DNA from: Malacoraja senta
Taxonomy: Eukaryota
NCBI GenBank assembly: GCA_038087875.1
Contig: CM075990.1
Span: 16,060,001 to 16,124,000, forward strand
Direction: 5' to 3'
DNA length: 64,000 bases
The position numbers and the translations under genes are program-made. Every line of letters begins with the position of its first letter. The first letter of the stretch is position 1. Positions 1 to 13,589 of this stretch are shown here, one piece after another. The notes under the pieces are model-generated. The model ran no database searches and was not told where the DNA came from. It worked only from the letters and a program-made list of their open reading frames with translations.

Positions 1-867
1 AATTTTAGAAAACTGAAGAAATAAGACTAATATCAGCCAACCTGAAGTAATAATAATAATATTCTAATCAGACTAAGTATGTATCAGCACAAAGATAACA
101 TGAAAATAATGTACAATTTTCACACTCCCCAAGGACGATAAGTAAATACTTAAATAACCTTAACAATATTTAAGATTTGCTTTAAAGGATTCAGTCTCAT
201 CTAGTGATATGTTAACATATGTGCTACCATCAGAAGAATTTGAACTCCATTGTTTATATAAAGAGAAACCTAGCTCGTGAAGAATGGTTATTTTTGACTG
301 CAAACAAGTTTGTGGGTAATTTGGATAACAGTGGCAATGGCTGACAGCACAAGAAATTAAAGCTGATTTTATTTTTATTCTGACGCCAACACTTTGTTAT
401 ACTTATCTTTTATATTTTTATCAACGTGTCTGACTGGATATGGGTCTATCATTTTCTTTCTATTTTAAATGATATTTTAAGGCATCTAATGGTCTTAAAG
501 GAAGAAAGATATAAGCAGCGCAGGATTAACAAGAAAATATAATTGAATCCAATACTTGCTTAATTATAAATTTGACAGTCAGTGGCCCATTGTATACAAC
601 ATTGATCTCATGTACAGCAGCAGCCATTTAAATATTGTTTTAATTTTCTATGCTTTACAAAAAGTATTGTATGGATAGGATTTCCTTGGATGCTATGTTT
701 ATTTGCTCAACATGTTTGATAACTTTTTAGTTTCACTAAACTAAACTGGTATCAAGTACGTTAAGCAAATAAACACAGCATCTAACAATATACTAAGGAA
801 ATCCTTTAAATATAACACTCCTTGAAAAGCACCAAGTTTATTTTGAAGATTTATATATTATAACAAT

Positions 868-1156
868 GCACAGTGGGCAAGCTGGTAGAGCTGTTGCTTC
901 ACAGCGACAGAGACCTGGGTTCAATCCTGACATCGAGTTGTGTTTAGTTTGCAAATTCTGCCCGAGGTCGCATGCGTTTCCTCTGGAAGATCAGATTTTC
1001 TCCCGCATTGCAAAATGTGTGGGTTTGTTGGTTAATTGGCCTGTGTAAATTGCCCCAAGCATGTAGGGAGAGGATAAGAAAGTGGGATAACAGAATTACT
1101 ATGAACGGATGATCTATGGTCAGCGTGGATTCGGCGGGCTACATCTCTAAACTAAC
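868..1156 (+). mobile_element. tRNA-derived HE1/V-SINE-like SINE (diverged)
   Basis: tRNA-like head (GGTAGAGCTG...GGTTCAATCC), V-like core, CTCTAAACTAAC tail; homologous to the copies at 8279 and 12751. Confidence 0.75.
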
Positions 1157-1639
1157 CAGAAGTTTAAGCTAGTGAAATAGGAATGGTAACACAAAACCCT
1201 GGAGCATTCAGACCCATGTGTGTACAGGACTGCAATTATGATAACTGAAAACATGCCATAATGGAAAGTCATGGTGCAAGGAAGTATTCAAGCTGCTTGT
1301 TAGTTTAATAAAATTAGCTAATTTACCCACCAAAACTTAAAGCTTACTTTTTAAAATCAACATAGATCATCTTTACTTAGCATAAACTTTGGATTTTAAA
1401 TTATAATGTTATGTAATTAATAGATTTATTCCTTATGTAATACTTATTTTAATATACTTTGAATCCTATTTAAAAGGTTATTTATAGCCAGGGCCAACAC
1501 ACGCAGGTGAGCAAACAAATTCATTTTCTAATTGACTGTGTGTGTGGATAGGTAAATGAGAAGTTAAGGGCAGGGATCATGAGGTACCTAGTTGACATTT
1601 CCCACACTTGGTTCTGGGATATTTAAGCTGACAGTAATG

Positions 1640-2200
1640 ACAGATACTGCCTTAGCAAATTAAGCTGGCAATGACATACACTATTTGTAACTTTGCGGTC
1701 TGGCAGCCCTATCGCATGTAGATAGGAAAGGTGGGGACAACCATTCAATTAAACAACTATTGGAAGATGAAGGCTTGAAGATCATCCCTATCCTTAATGA
1801 ACAAAGTAACCAACATTTGATTGGTAAATAAAAGACTGAAGCATTTGCAACCATGTACAGTCAGAACTGCTAAATAGATGATCCATCAAAGCTTTCTTCC
1901 AAGCTTCCTACGTTCTCGGAAGCCTGCCTTCAGCTAAATCAATCCATACCTTGTAGTGTCAAGAAACAGCTGAGAGCACCAGATACATCGAAAGCTATGG
2001 GCCAGCTAAAATTCTATATAGCACAAACAAGTTACACCTCTAGCCAAACCAATCCAATAGGTATGACACTGGCATATTGCCCCACAGTGTGAAAGATTAC
2101 CTTGATATGCCCTGCACACATTAAGCTGGACAATTTCAATCCAGCCCAGTCTGCTCTTACTCATCTGTTGAGACAGAGGTGCCCCCAGTAGCACTCATTT
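1640..2200 (+). mobile_element. Ancient LINE (CR1/L2 group) RT remnant
   Basis: Broken frames resemble the LINE RT N-terminal region (VKKQLRAPDTSKAMGP; YDTGILPTV*KITLICP); many stops. Confidence 0.55.
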
Positions 2201-2320
2201 GCCTGTATCTTATTCATGAGTGCCCATTTGGAGTTATTGGGGCCACTTGGCTCCAGGCCTGATCACATCCTTGATCCAAACAAGCACCAATCAGCTGAAT
2301 TCCAGAACTGATCTTATAGT

Positions 2321-2524
2321 TTAGGAAGGAACTGCAGATGCTGGTTTGCACCAAAGATAGACACAAAATGCTGAAGTAACTCAGCGGGACCGGAAGCATC
2401 TCTGGCGAGAAGGAATGGATGATGTTTCGGGTCAAGCAAGAGTCTCGACCCGAAATGTCACCCATTCCTTCTCTCCAGAAATGCTGCCTGTCCCGCTGAG
2501 TTACTCCAGCATTTTGTGTCTATT
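2321..2524. mobile_element. Fold-back (inverted) Penelope-like terminal-repeat insertion, family A
   Basis: Minus-strand copy joined head-to-head to a plus-strand copy; flanked by ACTGATCTTATAGT (2307-2320) and ACTGATCTCATAGT (2525-2538). Confidence 0.85.
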
Positions 2525-2554
2525 ACTGATCTCATAGTGATTGTGACAAAAAAA

Positions 2555-2820
2555 AACTTCAAGTTGTCCTTGCTTTCCCTCTCTCTTTGTTGGAAGGCAG
2601 GAGGAATTTCCCCTCCCCTTCCCAGTTCTCCCACCAGTCTTACTGTCTCCGACTACAATCTATCTCTGTACCGCCCACTCCTCTGACATCAGTCTGAAGA
2701 AGGGTCTCGACCCAAAACGTCACCCATTCCTTCTCTCCAGTGCTGCCTGTCCCGCTGAGTTACTCCAGCATTTTGTGTCTACCTTCGAATCAAACCAGCA
2801 TCTGCAGTTCTTTCCTACTC
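2555..2820 (+). mobile_element. Penelope-like element 3' end with mutated hammerhead core
   Basis: Matches the 3' region of the GIY-YIG element at 54443-55780; core CTGAAGAAGGGTCTCGACCCAAAACGTC at 2694-2721 (GAAA changed to AAAA). Confidence 0.8.
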
Positions 2821-3891
2821 ACTTCTGATATGAATTTGTTTTCTATTATTGATATAAGGCAGTAAAATCCAATCCATGTAGACACAAGGAACTGCAGATT
2901 GTGGGATCTTGAGTAATCTTGATTATCTGAACATCACTTTCATACTTGTGGGATCCTGTGCAAAAACCAGATGCCATTTTTATCCACATTACAACAGCAA
3001 TTCTGCACCATAAGTATTGGTGGCTGCAGATTGCTTTATGACAGAGGACATTAACAGTAAATATATAAACTTGGTTCTTTATTGCAGCAGACTGAAAGCT
3101 CCACTAGATTTACTAATTTCTCCTGTCTGAAAATCAAACTACTAATCTTCCAAATATTCTGTTTACCCCAAGAAACACAAATCTTAAAGCAATCGTTAAC
3201 CTGTTATAAATCTTATTTTACACATTTAATTAATTTCACTAATGCCAAGATAGACATGCTTTTTTTGCCTGATGCAAAAAACCCATCAAATATCAATTTT
3301 TGTTTATGAAATATTGTCACAAGACCTGGCGCTGAAAAATAAGAGCTTTCTCTTCTCTATATCAGGCAGTGCATGTTGTAATCACACTAAGATAATTGAA
3401 AATGAATTGAGAATTGTCTGGTAGACTAAAAGGTGAAAAAAGGACAATGCACATGTCTGGATTAGAATATTTATTGGTTCACCAATGCTCTCGAGAAGGA
3501 AACAAGATCACAGAAATCTGCTCTGAACATGAATTAATTTAGCAGGTTTCAGGGATATAATGTAAAAACAAAAACACACTGTTGTCACATGCTCTATTAA
3601 TGCATCATTGAATTGTAAATTGTTTCCTTCCCCACATTTGCTGTTCAATTATTTTCAGCAGATTTCATTTTAATACAGTATTGCCAAAGTTAGCCACCTT
3701 CTGGGAAAAAGATATGAATAGTGAATATGGATTGAGATCAAAAATGAAATTGCTTGTATTTAAATATACTGACGGAAGATGGAAATGCCAGTTTTCATTA
3801 ACTACAGATTGTTTATACGTTTGAATCTCTATATTTTAAATTTACTGTAGTCAAAATTAATATTAAAAACAACTGGTACGAGGGTACTCAC

Positions 3892-4002
3892 CAACACAAT
3901 CCTCAGCCATGTTTCTTTTACCACATTCTGCTTGGTCTAGAATGATTCAGCTTGCAACTTTTGAATTTCTTAATACAGCAGTAGTGCTATTCATGCTTCT
4001 TC
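3892..4002 (-). CDS. Candidate first coding exon of an unidentified minus-strand gene (5'UTR plus ATG at 3910, MAEDCV...)
   Basis: Acceptor TTTGATTCTGTTGCAG, donor TTG|GTGAGT, Kozak-like AAACATGG; all three frames are closed upstream within the exon; downstream exons not found in the window. Confidence 0.5.
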
Positions 4003-4559
4003 CTGCAACAGAATCAAACAAATTAGTTACTGAAAACTTCTAACCAACATATGATGAAGACATAAGGCACCAAAGGAGGAGTTTGAAATTTGTTGGAACG
4101 GGACTCATTACAAGATCTAACGTGTAAGAATTGGTAATGACTTGAAAAATAATAAATGTCACAAAAGATCTAGATAATTAGTTACAAAACAATGAATGAT
4201 GTTGCAATATTGGTTCAGGGTATCATGCAAGAGCTAAATAAATGGGGATGTAGCAAAAAACTGTTTCATTAATATAACTAAACTAAACTCCAATCATGAT
4301 TTAACGTACTTCTTTTTGGCCATCTACTGAGCTCATGATTTTTTCCTCCTCAATACCCACAGCAATTATAAGCATCCTTGCGAATATTGAAACAGTGCAA
4401 CAAACCTAGGCACATGGCGGCCCAGTGCAATGCAATCATCTACAAAAACTACAAGCGGGAAAACCACCAGATCAAGGACTGCAAACGATCATTGTCACGG
4501 TTTGTACTAGCAGCTGCATAACGGGCAACACTGCAATCTATGATATGTTACCCAGGATG

Positions 4560-5056
4560 TATATTGACAAAGGTGTTGCTGTGAAATCATAAAACTTGGT
4601 GAGAGACATTCTTTGATCTTTCCAAATCATGCTGATCTTCCAGTACAACAAGATGTCTGAAAGTGCATATTGCCGCCTGCCACATTACAACTGCAAGAGT
4701 ACATCCTTGCAAGGCGAGGCTGGGATGTTTGGTGCATCCAATGTAATGGCTTTGTGGGGAAGAATTGCACCTGAAGACCCTGGTAATCACTGCTCATCCA
4801 AGGACTGGGTCTTGTGCAGCAGCTCCACAAACTCAGTCTATATTGTTGATAAGAGGCTACGAGTAGTATTGGTGCTTTGTACATCGGATGTATTAACTAA
4901 ATGTATTAAGCGGGTGACATTAAGAATATACTGGCTGGGCAACATTATGAATACATAGACTGGATGGCACTGTGAATGTAAAGAAAACCATGTACTGTTT
5001 TGTATTTCAAATGCATATTTTTATGAATAAAGTCTATTTTCATGAAGTAAATAAAT
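4560..5056 (+). mobile_element. Tx1/L1-like LINE 3' end remnant
   Basis: Degenerate C-terminal ORF2-like sequence followed by a 3' UTR ending in AATAAA and an A-rich tail; resembles the region at ~28300-28700. Confidence 0.45.
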
Positions 5057-5204
5057 AATTCTACCAAAGAAGAGTTAGAACCAGGACCAAGGACAGTGGA
5101 GATGGAATGCATATCATTGTGTTTTTTTTCTGACATTAAAGGCTCCAATGACCCATTGAACCAAAATCGTAATCGTAATAATAAAACAATTTGAATTTCA
5201 ACAA

Positions 5205-5597
5205 CTCAGTAGTGGCTCAGTGACTCATTCTAAGTCAGAACATATTAATTCAAGCTTAAACCACTGGCTGACACTTCCATGAAGACATACTGCATTGGAG
5301 ATGTCACCTTTCAGAAATATTGTCTTTAGGGCATGCTTACCCTCTTAAATTAATGCAAAAGATCTCACAGCAATATTCCTTCAATGTTCATGGAAATTAT
5401 TCCCAATGTCCTTGTAAATATTTACTTATGATTATCACTCCACTGCTATTATGGGAGGGTGCGTGTTGAAATTGGCTACCATAACTCTTTGCATTGCAGC
5501 AGTGACTACATTTCAAGAAGTTCTTCATTGGCTGTGAATTACTCTGTGGCATTCTGAAAGAGTGTGGAAGATTTAACAGAAATGGAAGTCGTTCTTG
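5205..5597 (+). mobile_element. DeuSINE (SacSINE1/AmnSINE-like) relic
   Basis: Deu-domain-like GCAAAAGATCTCACAGCAATATT...CCCAATGTCCT and L2-type tail CAGTGACTACATTTCAAGAAGTTCTTCATTGGCTGTGA. Confidence 0.6.
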
Positions 5598-6780
5598 TCA
5601 ACACCTGGATAACATTCATCAATAAAACATGGGATCTTTCATGTATTCCTACATTCAGCTTTGTTAACAAAGGTGACTAGGCAAAGATTTTATCTCATGA
5701 TGATCCTACTTCTGCACCTATGTATCTATGTATGTCAGACAAGCATCAAACTCCAAATTCAATAACTGGAAATTATATGATTAAATGCACACTCTACTAG
5801 TCCTTACAGTCCCCCTCAAAGCAGAATAATAAAGAACAAAAATAGTATTTTTTTGTTTATCTGCAGAGAAATTCAGCTTTGACTAGCCCAAATACTGTGC
5901 AACATGCCCAGTGCTGCAAACTCTTTATCTGTGCTTGTGGCTATACAAATCGACTTATAATCTGTTTTTTATAGACTCTGCAGCAGCGGGAAGAACACAA
6001 CACAGCTACAACATACACATAATATGTTTTTTTTTAATACAATATAATGTCAAACTGAGTCTGAGCCAAATTTGAAGCAATGAGTAGAAATAGCTCAATT
6101 TAGTGCAAACCCCATCATTTACAACCACTCATGGGCAAATCAGGCTATTTCAATTAGCTTCGTATTGAAAGAAATTAATTATTGTCTTTGACATGGGTGA
6201 CCATGTGTTACCTCTACAAATGCTGTTCGACCCACTGAATTCCAGCAGGTTCATTTTCTGCTTTAGATTCAAGCATCTGCAGCCTCCGATGTCCACAATT
6301 TCCTCAGCAGCCACTTTACTTTGATGAGTTCTAAATTAATTGCAACACCATGGAACGATGAAAGATTAAATAAATGAATTCTGTCTTTCATTTGTCATTG
6401 AGGGTAATTTCCAATAATCTATTAAACTAACAACTAACTGCACACCTTTAGGGCCAGGGGGGAAATCCATGTGGTCCTGGGTATAAAATACAAACACTAT
6501 AGACTCAGCACTGAAGGGCAGGATCGCATCCTGGTTAGTGGAGCTATGAGACAGCTGCACGACCTGCAGTACACTGTGCTGCCTGACATATTTGAAAATT
6601 ACTATGCCATAAATGCTGAATAAATAGGTTTTATATTTCTTCACCTTCATCATATCGTATCTGCAAAGGTGTTATATGTTATGTGTCATATGTTATCTGT
6701 TCAGATAGCATCTGCCCAGAGATTCTTGCTGTAGTGCTGGTGTTAACCTCAGGAAGTTCTGCGGTGGAGCTTGAACTCAC

Positions 6781-6877
6781 CGCAGTCCGGTTCCGCCAAG
6801 AGGATACCACAACAGTTCTGTACACACAAGGATACCACAACAGTTCTGAGCTGGGCTGACATACTGTTATCCAAAAA
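6781..6877 (-). other. Candidate 5'UTR exon of the minus-strand gene
   Basis: Acceptor CTTGTTTTTTATCTGTAG and donor GCG|GTGAGT; 97 nt; contains an ATG at 6862. Confidence 0.45.
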
Positions 6878-7152
6878 CTACAGATAAAAAACAAGAATTC
6901 CTTATTTTAACGGTACTATAATGATTTCTAAATTAATTGCACCGCCATAGAATGTTGAGAGCTAAAATAAACAACATTTATCTTTCACACAATTATTCAT
7001 CAAAAAATATGTAAAAAGATGTTTCAAGAGCAGAGATTGTATTTTGTTTTGGTCATATCCCTTGCTGTTGGTTGCCAAGATCCACCATTTAGTTTTCAGT
7101 ATACCTTGGATCTTATGATCTTCATGCCCCAATTTCAAGTTCCTACAACCTA

Positions 7153-7709
7153 CCGTATTTCCCGGCAATGAAGACGCACCCCACCACCTCCACCGGTTGC
7201 GCCTGTGCCAAAGGACACCGCGGCTTGCTGGTTGGCGGGCAGGCCGGCAGAAGGCACTGAGGTGACGGCCGGTTCCGCTGTCCGGTCCCGGCGGCCGCTC
7301 GCAGTCACCCGTGCTACTTCCCTCCCCGGTCACAATGCGGTGGCACCGCGCCCGGAGCGCCGCGGCACCGGTGAGTGAGTTGCTGGCATGTTCTCCGACC
7401 GCCTCCTTCTCAACGCTCCTGCCCTCCTCGCAACTTTACCCCTGGCAGCCCAGCCACGTTTACTACTTTGTGCAGCCCAGGCCATGCTGACCCAGGCCAG
7501 ACTCCCCACAGGCTGTGGAAAGGAACTCTACCCCCCCCCCCGGCACTGTCCTTTTACAGCCGCTTCCCACTTCAACCAGTTCCAGGATCGAAGGCGTGAC
7601 AGGTTCCGTGGAGCAGTCGCTACGAGAGTGGCATTGCTCCAAGACACAGGTAAATTTTCGGGCCTTATTTTAGAGTACAAAATAGCATCTTGGACGCCGA
7701 GAAATACGG
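7153..7709. mobile_element. Non-autonomous Tc1/mariner-superfamily (Tc2/pogo-type) DNA transposon
   Basis: TIRs CCGTATTTCCCGGC / CCGTATTTCTCGGC with TA at both flanks (7151-7152, 7710-7711); GC-rich interior. Confidence 0.85.
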
Positions 7710-7762
7710 TAATCGAATGGCAAATGAATGTTCCTCTAAAAAAAAGGTAATGCTGATTATCT

Positions 7763-8015
7763 ACTCCAAAGACGTACAGGTTTGTAGGTCAATTGGTTTG
7801 GTATAATTTGATATAAATTGTCCCTAGTGTGTGTCGGATAATGTAAGTGTGTGGGGATCGCTGGTCGGCTTGAACTCGGAGGATCGAAGGGCCTATTTCC
7901 ATGCTGTATATCAATAATTGGTATTTAAATGGGGAGAAGGCAGGAACGGGGTACTGATTGGTGCTGGCTCGAAGAGCCGAATGGCCTACTCCTGCACCTA
8001 TTGTCTATTGTCTAT
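7763..8015 (+). mobile_element. 3' half of an HE1-like SINE followed by a CR1 3' tail fragment
   Basis: ACTCCAAAGACGTACAGGTTTG core, then GGCTCGAAGAGCCGAATGGCCTACTCCTGCACC and (TATTGTC)n. Confidence 0.7.
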
Positions 8016-8278
8016 AAACCTCTGGAATTAGCTGCATTTTCAGGCACGATATATATACATATTGATTTCCTCCATTTTAACTGATTTCTCCCCCATTTTG
8101 TTTGAGAACGTATGCATACAAAAGCTTAAATAAATAGGTTCTGCTGAAAAAAGTTTTCTATCTTTGATTCACAGTTCAAGTATACTTGAACTAAAATTTA
8201 TATTCAGCTGTACAGGATAGCAATACATGTTTGGATAGGCGCCTCTTTAAATCCAGTGCTGCTTGACAAGGTTGCAAA

Positions 8279-8580
8279 GCTGTGACAGTGTTGCAGCGGT
8301 GGAGTTGCTCCCTTACAGCAAAACAGACCCACGTTCAATTCTGACTATGGGTGCTGTCTGTACGGAGATTGTACATTCTCCTTGACCGTGTGGGCTTTCT
8401 CTGCGTGCTCCGGTTTCCTCCCACATTCCAAAGACATGTAAGTTAGGTTTGTAAGTTAATTGGATTCTGTAAGTTGTCCCCAGTGTGTAGGATAGAACTA
8501 GGGTGCAGGGATTGCTGGTCAGCCCTGACTCGCTAGGCCGAAGGGCCAGTTTCCACGCTGTATCTTTAAACTAAACTAAC
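8279..8580 (+). mobile_element. HE1/V-SINE-like SINE
   Basis: tRNA-like head, CCGGTTTCCTCCCACATTCCAAAGAC core, (TAAAC)n tail. Confidence 0.85.
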
Positions 8581-11500
8581 CTGAAAACCTTGATGGTAAA
8601 GCTAAACTCTGAATGAATCATTAAACTAACTAATTTGGCACCTACATTGAGGGCCAAAGGGCCTGTCACGTGATGTAATATTCTACATTCTAGATTAACT
8701 TAAATGAAAATTAAAAAACACTGCAACTGTACAGAAAATGCTAGAGACGTTCAACAGGAAGAATCAATGGAAAGAAAAACAGGGTTAATGTTTCAGATTT
8801 AAGACCATTTATCAGAACTGTAAAAGAGAGAAAATAAGGTCATTATAAATTGCGGAGAAAATACAGGGGGTAGGACAGTCTTTGATATGGTGACCAGGGT
8901 TGCCGTGGGGATAAATTGCAAAGTCATCCAATCATTGAATTAAAGGGACAGGTAGACAGAGAGAAAACATAGAACAAAAGCTCTGAGATGACATTAGTTA
9001 TAGAGTGAAAATTCAAACAAAGGAACTCTGAAAAGGTGCACAGTGCAAGGCTGTCAGACATGCCCAGCAGGTAGGGCTGTGCTAATGAGAGGAAAACAGC
9101 CAATATCTGTCTGCCGATCTGTTGTTTCCAAATAGGGGAAACAGTTCATCATAATCCAGGAAGTGCCTCGTAATAGTTTTTGGCAGTGATTGTTGAAAGC
9201 TGGAAATTAACTTGGTTTTTAAGAGATTGGTCCAAGCTTGCGTCATTAGGAAAATAAAACACGGGGAAAACTGCATACATAAAAGCATTCTCAAGCAAGT
9301 CCACATGGATATTTATCACAACCCTCACATGGATATTTATCAGAATCCTATCAGCTAATTAGCATGCCTGCTAAATACCACTAATTTTGAGATAATTGAA
9401 GGAACAGGACCATTACTTTTTCTTAAGGCTATGTATGTGTCTGGGCAGCCTCTTACACAGAAGCAAATACTAAGGTGAAAGTTAGGTTTTTAAGAGGCCA
9501 TAAACACCTCTGTTGTTTTAGTTCTGTAACCATGCACATATCACTTGTTCACTTGAACAACTATCAGAACACATACATTACAGAAAATGATGGTATGGAT
9601 GGTGGGACAGAATCCAAGATACAAAAACTGGTAAAGAAATTGGAATGGACCAAGTGGTGAAAAACCTTAATCTCAGTAATACAGGATGCCATTTGATATT
9701 CTAGTAAGGTTGTTTTATGTGGTAGCAAGTCTATTAACCTCATGGGAGAGATGCAAACAAGTTTGCAGATGTGATAGGCATTGATCTGCATAGCAGTGTG
9801 CAAATTTAAGGCATACAAAAAAATAAACATTCTCCCATGCTTGAATATATTTTGGAAGCTTACAAGATTGAAATGTATGTTAAAAAAAAGACAAATTACA
9901 ATGGTCAAAAAAGGTCAATTGTCAACATTGCCTGGATGTTTGCAGAACATATGGACATCACATTGCAGTCAGTTATCGGAAAGATGACTTGCACACAAGA
10001 AAACCCAAAATGTTGAAAAGCAAGATTACCTTGTGAACACCTCAATCAAGGTAACAGCATGGCTGAACAAGTCTACAGGTGAACATCTATTACTTATTGT
10101 ATGAGAGTGACTTACATTTGAAAACTCATACTTCATCAAGATCTGATTAAACACTTTCGGATATGGATTCTGGTAAAAGCAGATTGGGAAATTAAACACA
10201 TTTTAAAATGAAACTTTATACTTGCAATTAAATAGGAATTATTTAGGGCAAGAGACTACCCTTTGGCAAATCACGTCACATGTCAACTTTTAAAAGCTAT
10301 CAAATTAGCCTCACTGCCTTGCTCTTTTCCCACAGCACACTGAAAAATATAAATCCCATTCTATTTTGAAAGTTACTCCTGAGTGTTTCAGGTATCCCTT
10401 TTGGAAATAAATTATACAGGAATAATAACTGCTGTTTTCCTCCTTTCTCTGGATTTTATGCCAAATTATAGTAAATTTATCCCTTTCGGTCATCAACATT
10501 TCTGCCAAAAGAACATTTGATTCCTCTCTACTTCATCAAAACTGCCTCAATTTAGAACACACAAATTACTGGCTGTAATTCCAATCCAAGCCTCTCTGAT
10601 TATTACGCACTGGTGAAGCCTTCACCCTGAGGCCCATTCAAGTAGTTCTCCTCTTCTTCGTTTTCACATTCTTCCCAAAATGGCCATAATTGGGCACAAC
10701 ACTTTAGTTCTGTATTCGAAAATGCCCTGACCACCAGACATGCCTGAAAATGAAATGCCAGCCTGCTGAAGCTAAAACATATTCTACATCCATGCTAAAC
10801 AGCAAAAACTACAACATTTAAATGTAAATTCAAATGTAAACAAGCTGTTCAAAGCTGTTTAAGATGACCAGAAACAAGGCCACAAAGAATTCCTCCAGTC
10901 TTTTCCTTTCAATACATATTCTTATAACTTAATTTCAACACCTATATAGGTCATTATTCAGACACAAATGGTCTCAATTTGTTCATTTAGACAAATAATA
11001 AATGCTAAATTATATACTCTCATCACCATAAATACAACGTGCAAATTCAGAGCACGAAAGGTGTTTTCTCTGCATGAAGATCATCTTATTCTAGTGTGGT
11101 GCTAGACATTAATAATAATTTAATGGTTTGGCCGGCCCCATATCTATCACCTGAACATTCACTACCTCTATTACCAGCTCATCATGACTGGATTGTATAC
11201 CAGCGATAAATTGTTTCGCAGTTTTCTACCCAACAGCACTGTGGACCCCAGCCTGCACCAATTCAAGGATATTAACCTCCACCCACCAATCTTCCAATGA
11301 GGACTGAGGATAGGCTACAAATGCAGATCTTGTCGAAAATGCCCACATTACAAAGATTTTGTTTTAAACCACCAAAGTTTTTCGGCATGTATTTTGAGTG
11401 TTGACAGTACATCTTGGATTGTATAGCAAAAGCTAGTTGGCATGGTGATATGCAAGATGCTCAGGGATATGAAGCCACCATCATCAGGGTACACAAACAG

Positions 11501-12750
11501 TATGCTGTGTCAGCTGCAATGAACAAGATTTTATTGTAGCACTGGAACTGCAGAAATTACATTGAGAGTAATTAGGCTGCTTGCCATGGTTACCATTGCC
11601 TCCAGATGACATTGAGAACAAGTGCACAATGACTTCATTTCTTCTCTCAGTACCAATGCAGAGAGCCATGCCAGTCAAGTCATCTGAGCTACAGGGAATA
11701 AAAATTGTACTTGAAGTAGTTGCCACATTATTGGACAATCATTGAAATGACTGGTATAATCACTCATAAGAATTAATGACATAATAACTGGTATAATTGT
11801 GATCATTGATTGGGAATTTCAACATATACGCAAAATTTAAATGCCCAAATTCATAACACGCTCAATAACTGTGACCATTCAATTTTTGAATTAATGAAAG
11901 GAAATGGAAATGTTTTTTTATATTTTCTCTTGTACACCAAACGCACACCAGAAAGTTAAGTTCTTGAGCACTGTAGGATGTCTCTATAGCCCACTCAACC
12001 TTTGAATGTACTTTGTGACCAGTTTAGGAATAGGGCTATTCATGATCTGTCCTCCCATTGCTTCAGTGGTGGAACCAGTTGTTCCACTATGGCTGATAAA
12101 CTCTGCTAAAAAGAAACTACTACTGTAGCAAGTTTTTTTTCAAACTGGTATAAAATTACAACACTGTAATGGGGCGTGTGAGACAGCACAACATAACCAT
12201 GCAAACGGAATTTACCAAAAAAATCACAATCAAATGCAATCCCCCATAAGAAAATGTTGCCAGGGCAAAATTAAATCTGTATTTGATACTTTCTGGTACT
12301 AATAATAGATTCAATTCCTCACATCCATAGATGAAATACTGATAGAATCAAAGATTGCTGAAAATTAAACTTCCAATCTACTTCAACTTTGCAAAAAAAA
12401 GATAACCCAACTGATATATAATGGTGGCCATATTGATTGACATCAAATATTAAATATGACAGGAATCTCTTCAATTAAATGGAATGTTCTCGAAAAGCTC
12501 AGATGTTCAGGTAAATTTTTTAACATCTTGTGTTGTTATTTCAAGTTCTAACATTTGCAGTTTGGGGATTTTCTATTGGACAAAGTTTTACTCTTATATA
12601 ACTAAAATCTAACACCAGCATTTTTTTTCTTTAGGTATTAATGTTTTAACTTTTGCAAATGCACGAGTCGGTGCCTTTTTAAGAATTTACAAACAGTAAA
12701 GATTTTTTACATTTATGTCCCTGTTGATTTCTTCAACAATAACCATAATT

Positions 12751-13040
12751 GAGCAGCACGGTGGAGCAGCGGTAGAGTTGCTGCCTTCCATCCGGGTTCA
12801 ATCCCAACGAAGGTCTGTACGGAGTTTGTACGTTCTCCCTGTGACCGCGTGGGTTTTCTCTGAGATCTTCGGTTTCCTCCCACATTCCAAAGACGTACAG
12901 GTTTGTAAGTTAATTAGCTTGGTACAAGTGTAAAATTGTCCCTAGTGTGCATAGGATTGTGTTAATGTGTGTGGATCGCTGTTCTGTGTGGACTCGGTGG
13001 GCCGAAGAGCCTGTTTCTAAGCTGTATCTCTAAACTAAAC
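12751..13040 (+). mobile_element. HE1/V-SINE-like SINE
   Basis: GCACGGTGGAGCAGCGGTAGAG head, GGTTCAATCCC B-box, V-core, (TAAAC)n tail. Confidence 0.85.
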
Positions 13041-13589
13041 CAAGTTCAGATGCTAGAATACCTGCTCTCAGGAATCTATCCATTCAACGATGCAACTTGT
13101 TAATGGAAACTAAAGGACTGAAGTGCACCATCTTTTCATACATATGTTCCACAGGAAATAGTGCTAACTGAAGCCAAAACACTGTTGAGCTCGCAAATAC
13201 ATTCTACATTGGCGTATGATTGCTTTATTGGTTGTTCCTGTCAACCTTGGCTAGATGATAAATTACGCCTCGCCTTTGTCAAAAGGTTTAGGCGCATCCC
13301 ACACCAAACGTTGCAAAATATTGAATGCCACTTAGAAGTAACCTGCGCATAGAAGATGCAATCTTTCAGATAAAGCAACAGTTGCAATCCGATGCATGAG
13401 ATCTCAAGGTATTGCTCGAATGAAAAACATTTCTCCAGTACCCTTGTCACATTTATCCCTTAACCATCACCTCAGTGATTTGTACTTTTCTTTTTCTTTT
13501 TATCAGGGTTGGTAATATTGTCTGTTGCATAAATAGACTACATTTCCACAGCTTGATGAATGAATCTTGATAAATTGGACGCAAAAGGG

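Noticed and set aside
9301..9342. Short tandem duplications (also ~41494-41530, ~45888-45920, ~49508-49541)
   Set aside because: Ordinary slippage-type duplications with no further structure
12751..12810. tRNA genes at SINE heads (also ~868, 8279, 14074, 35528)
   Set aside because: A/B-box-like heads run directly into SINE core and tail; no complete cloverleaf
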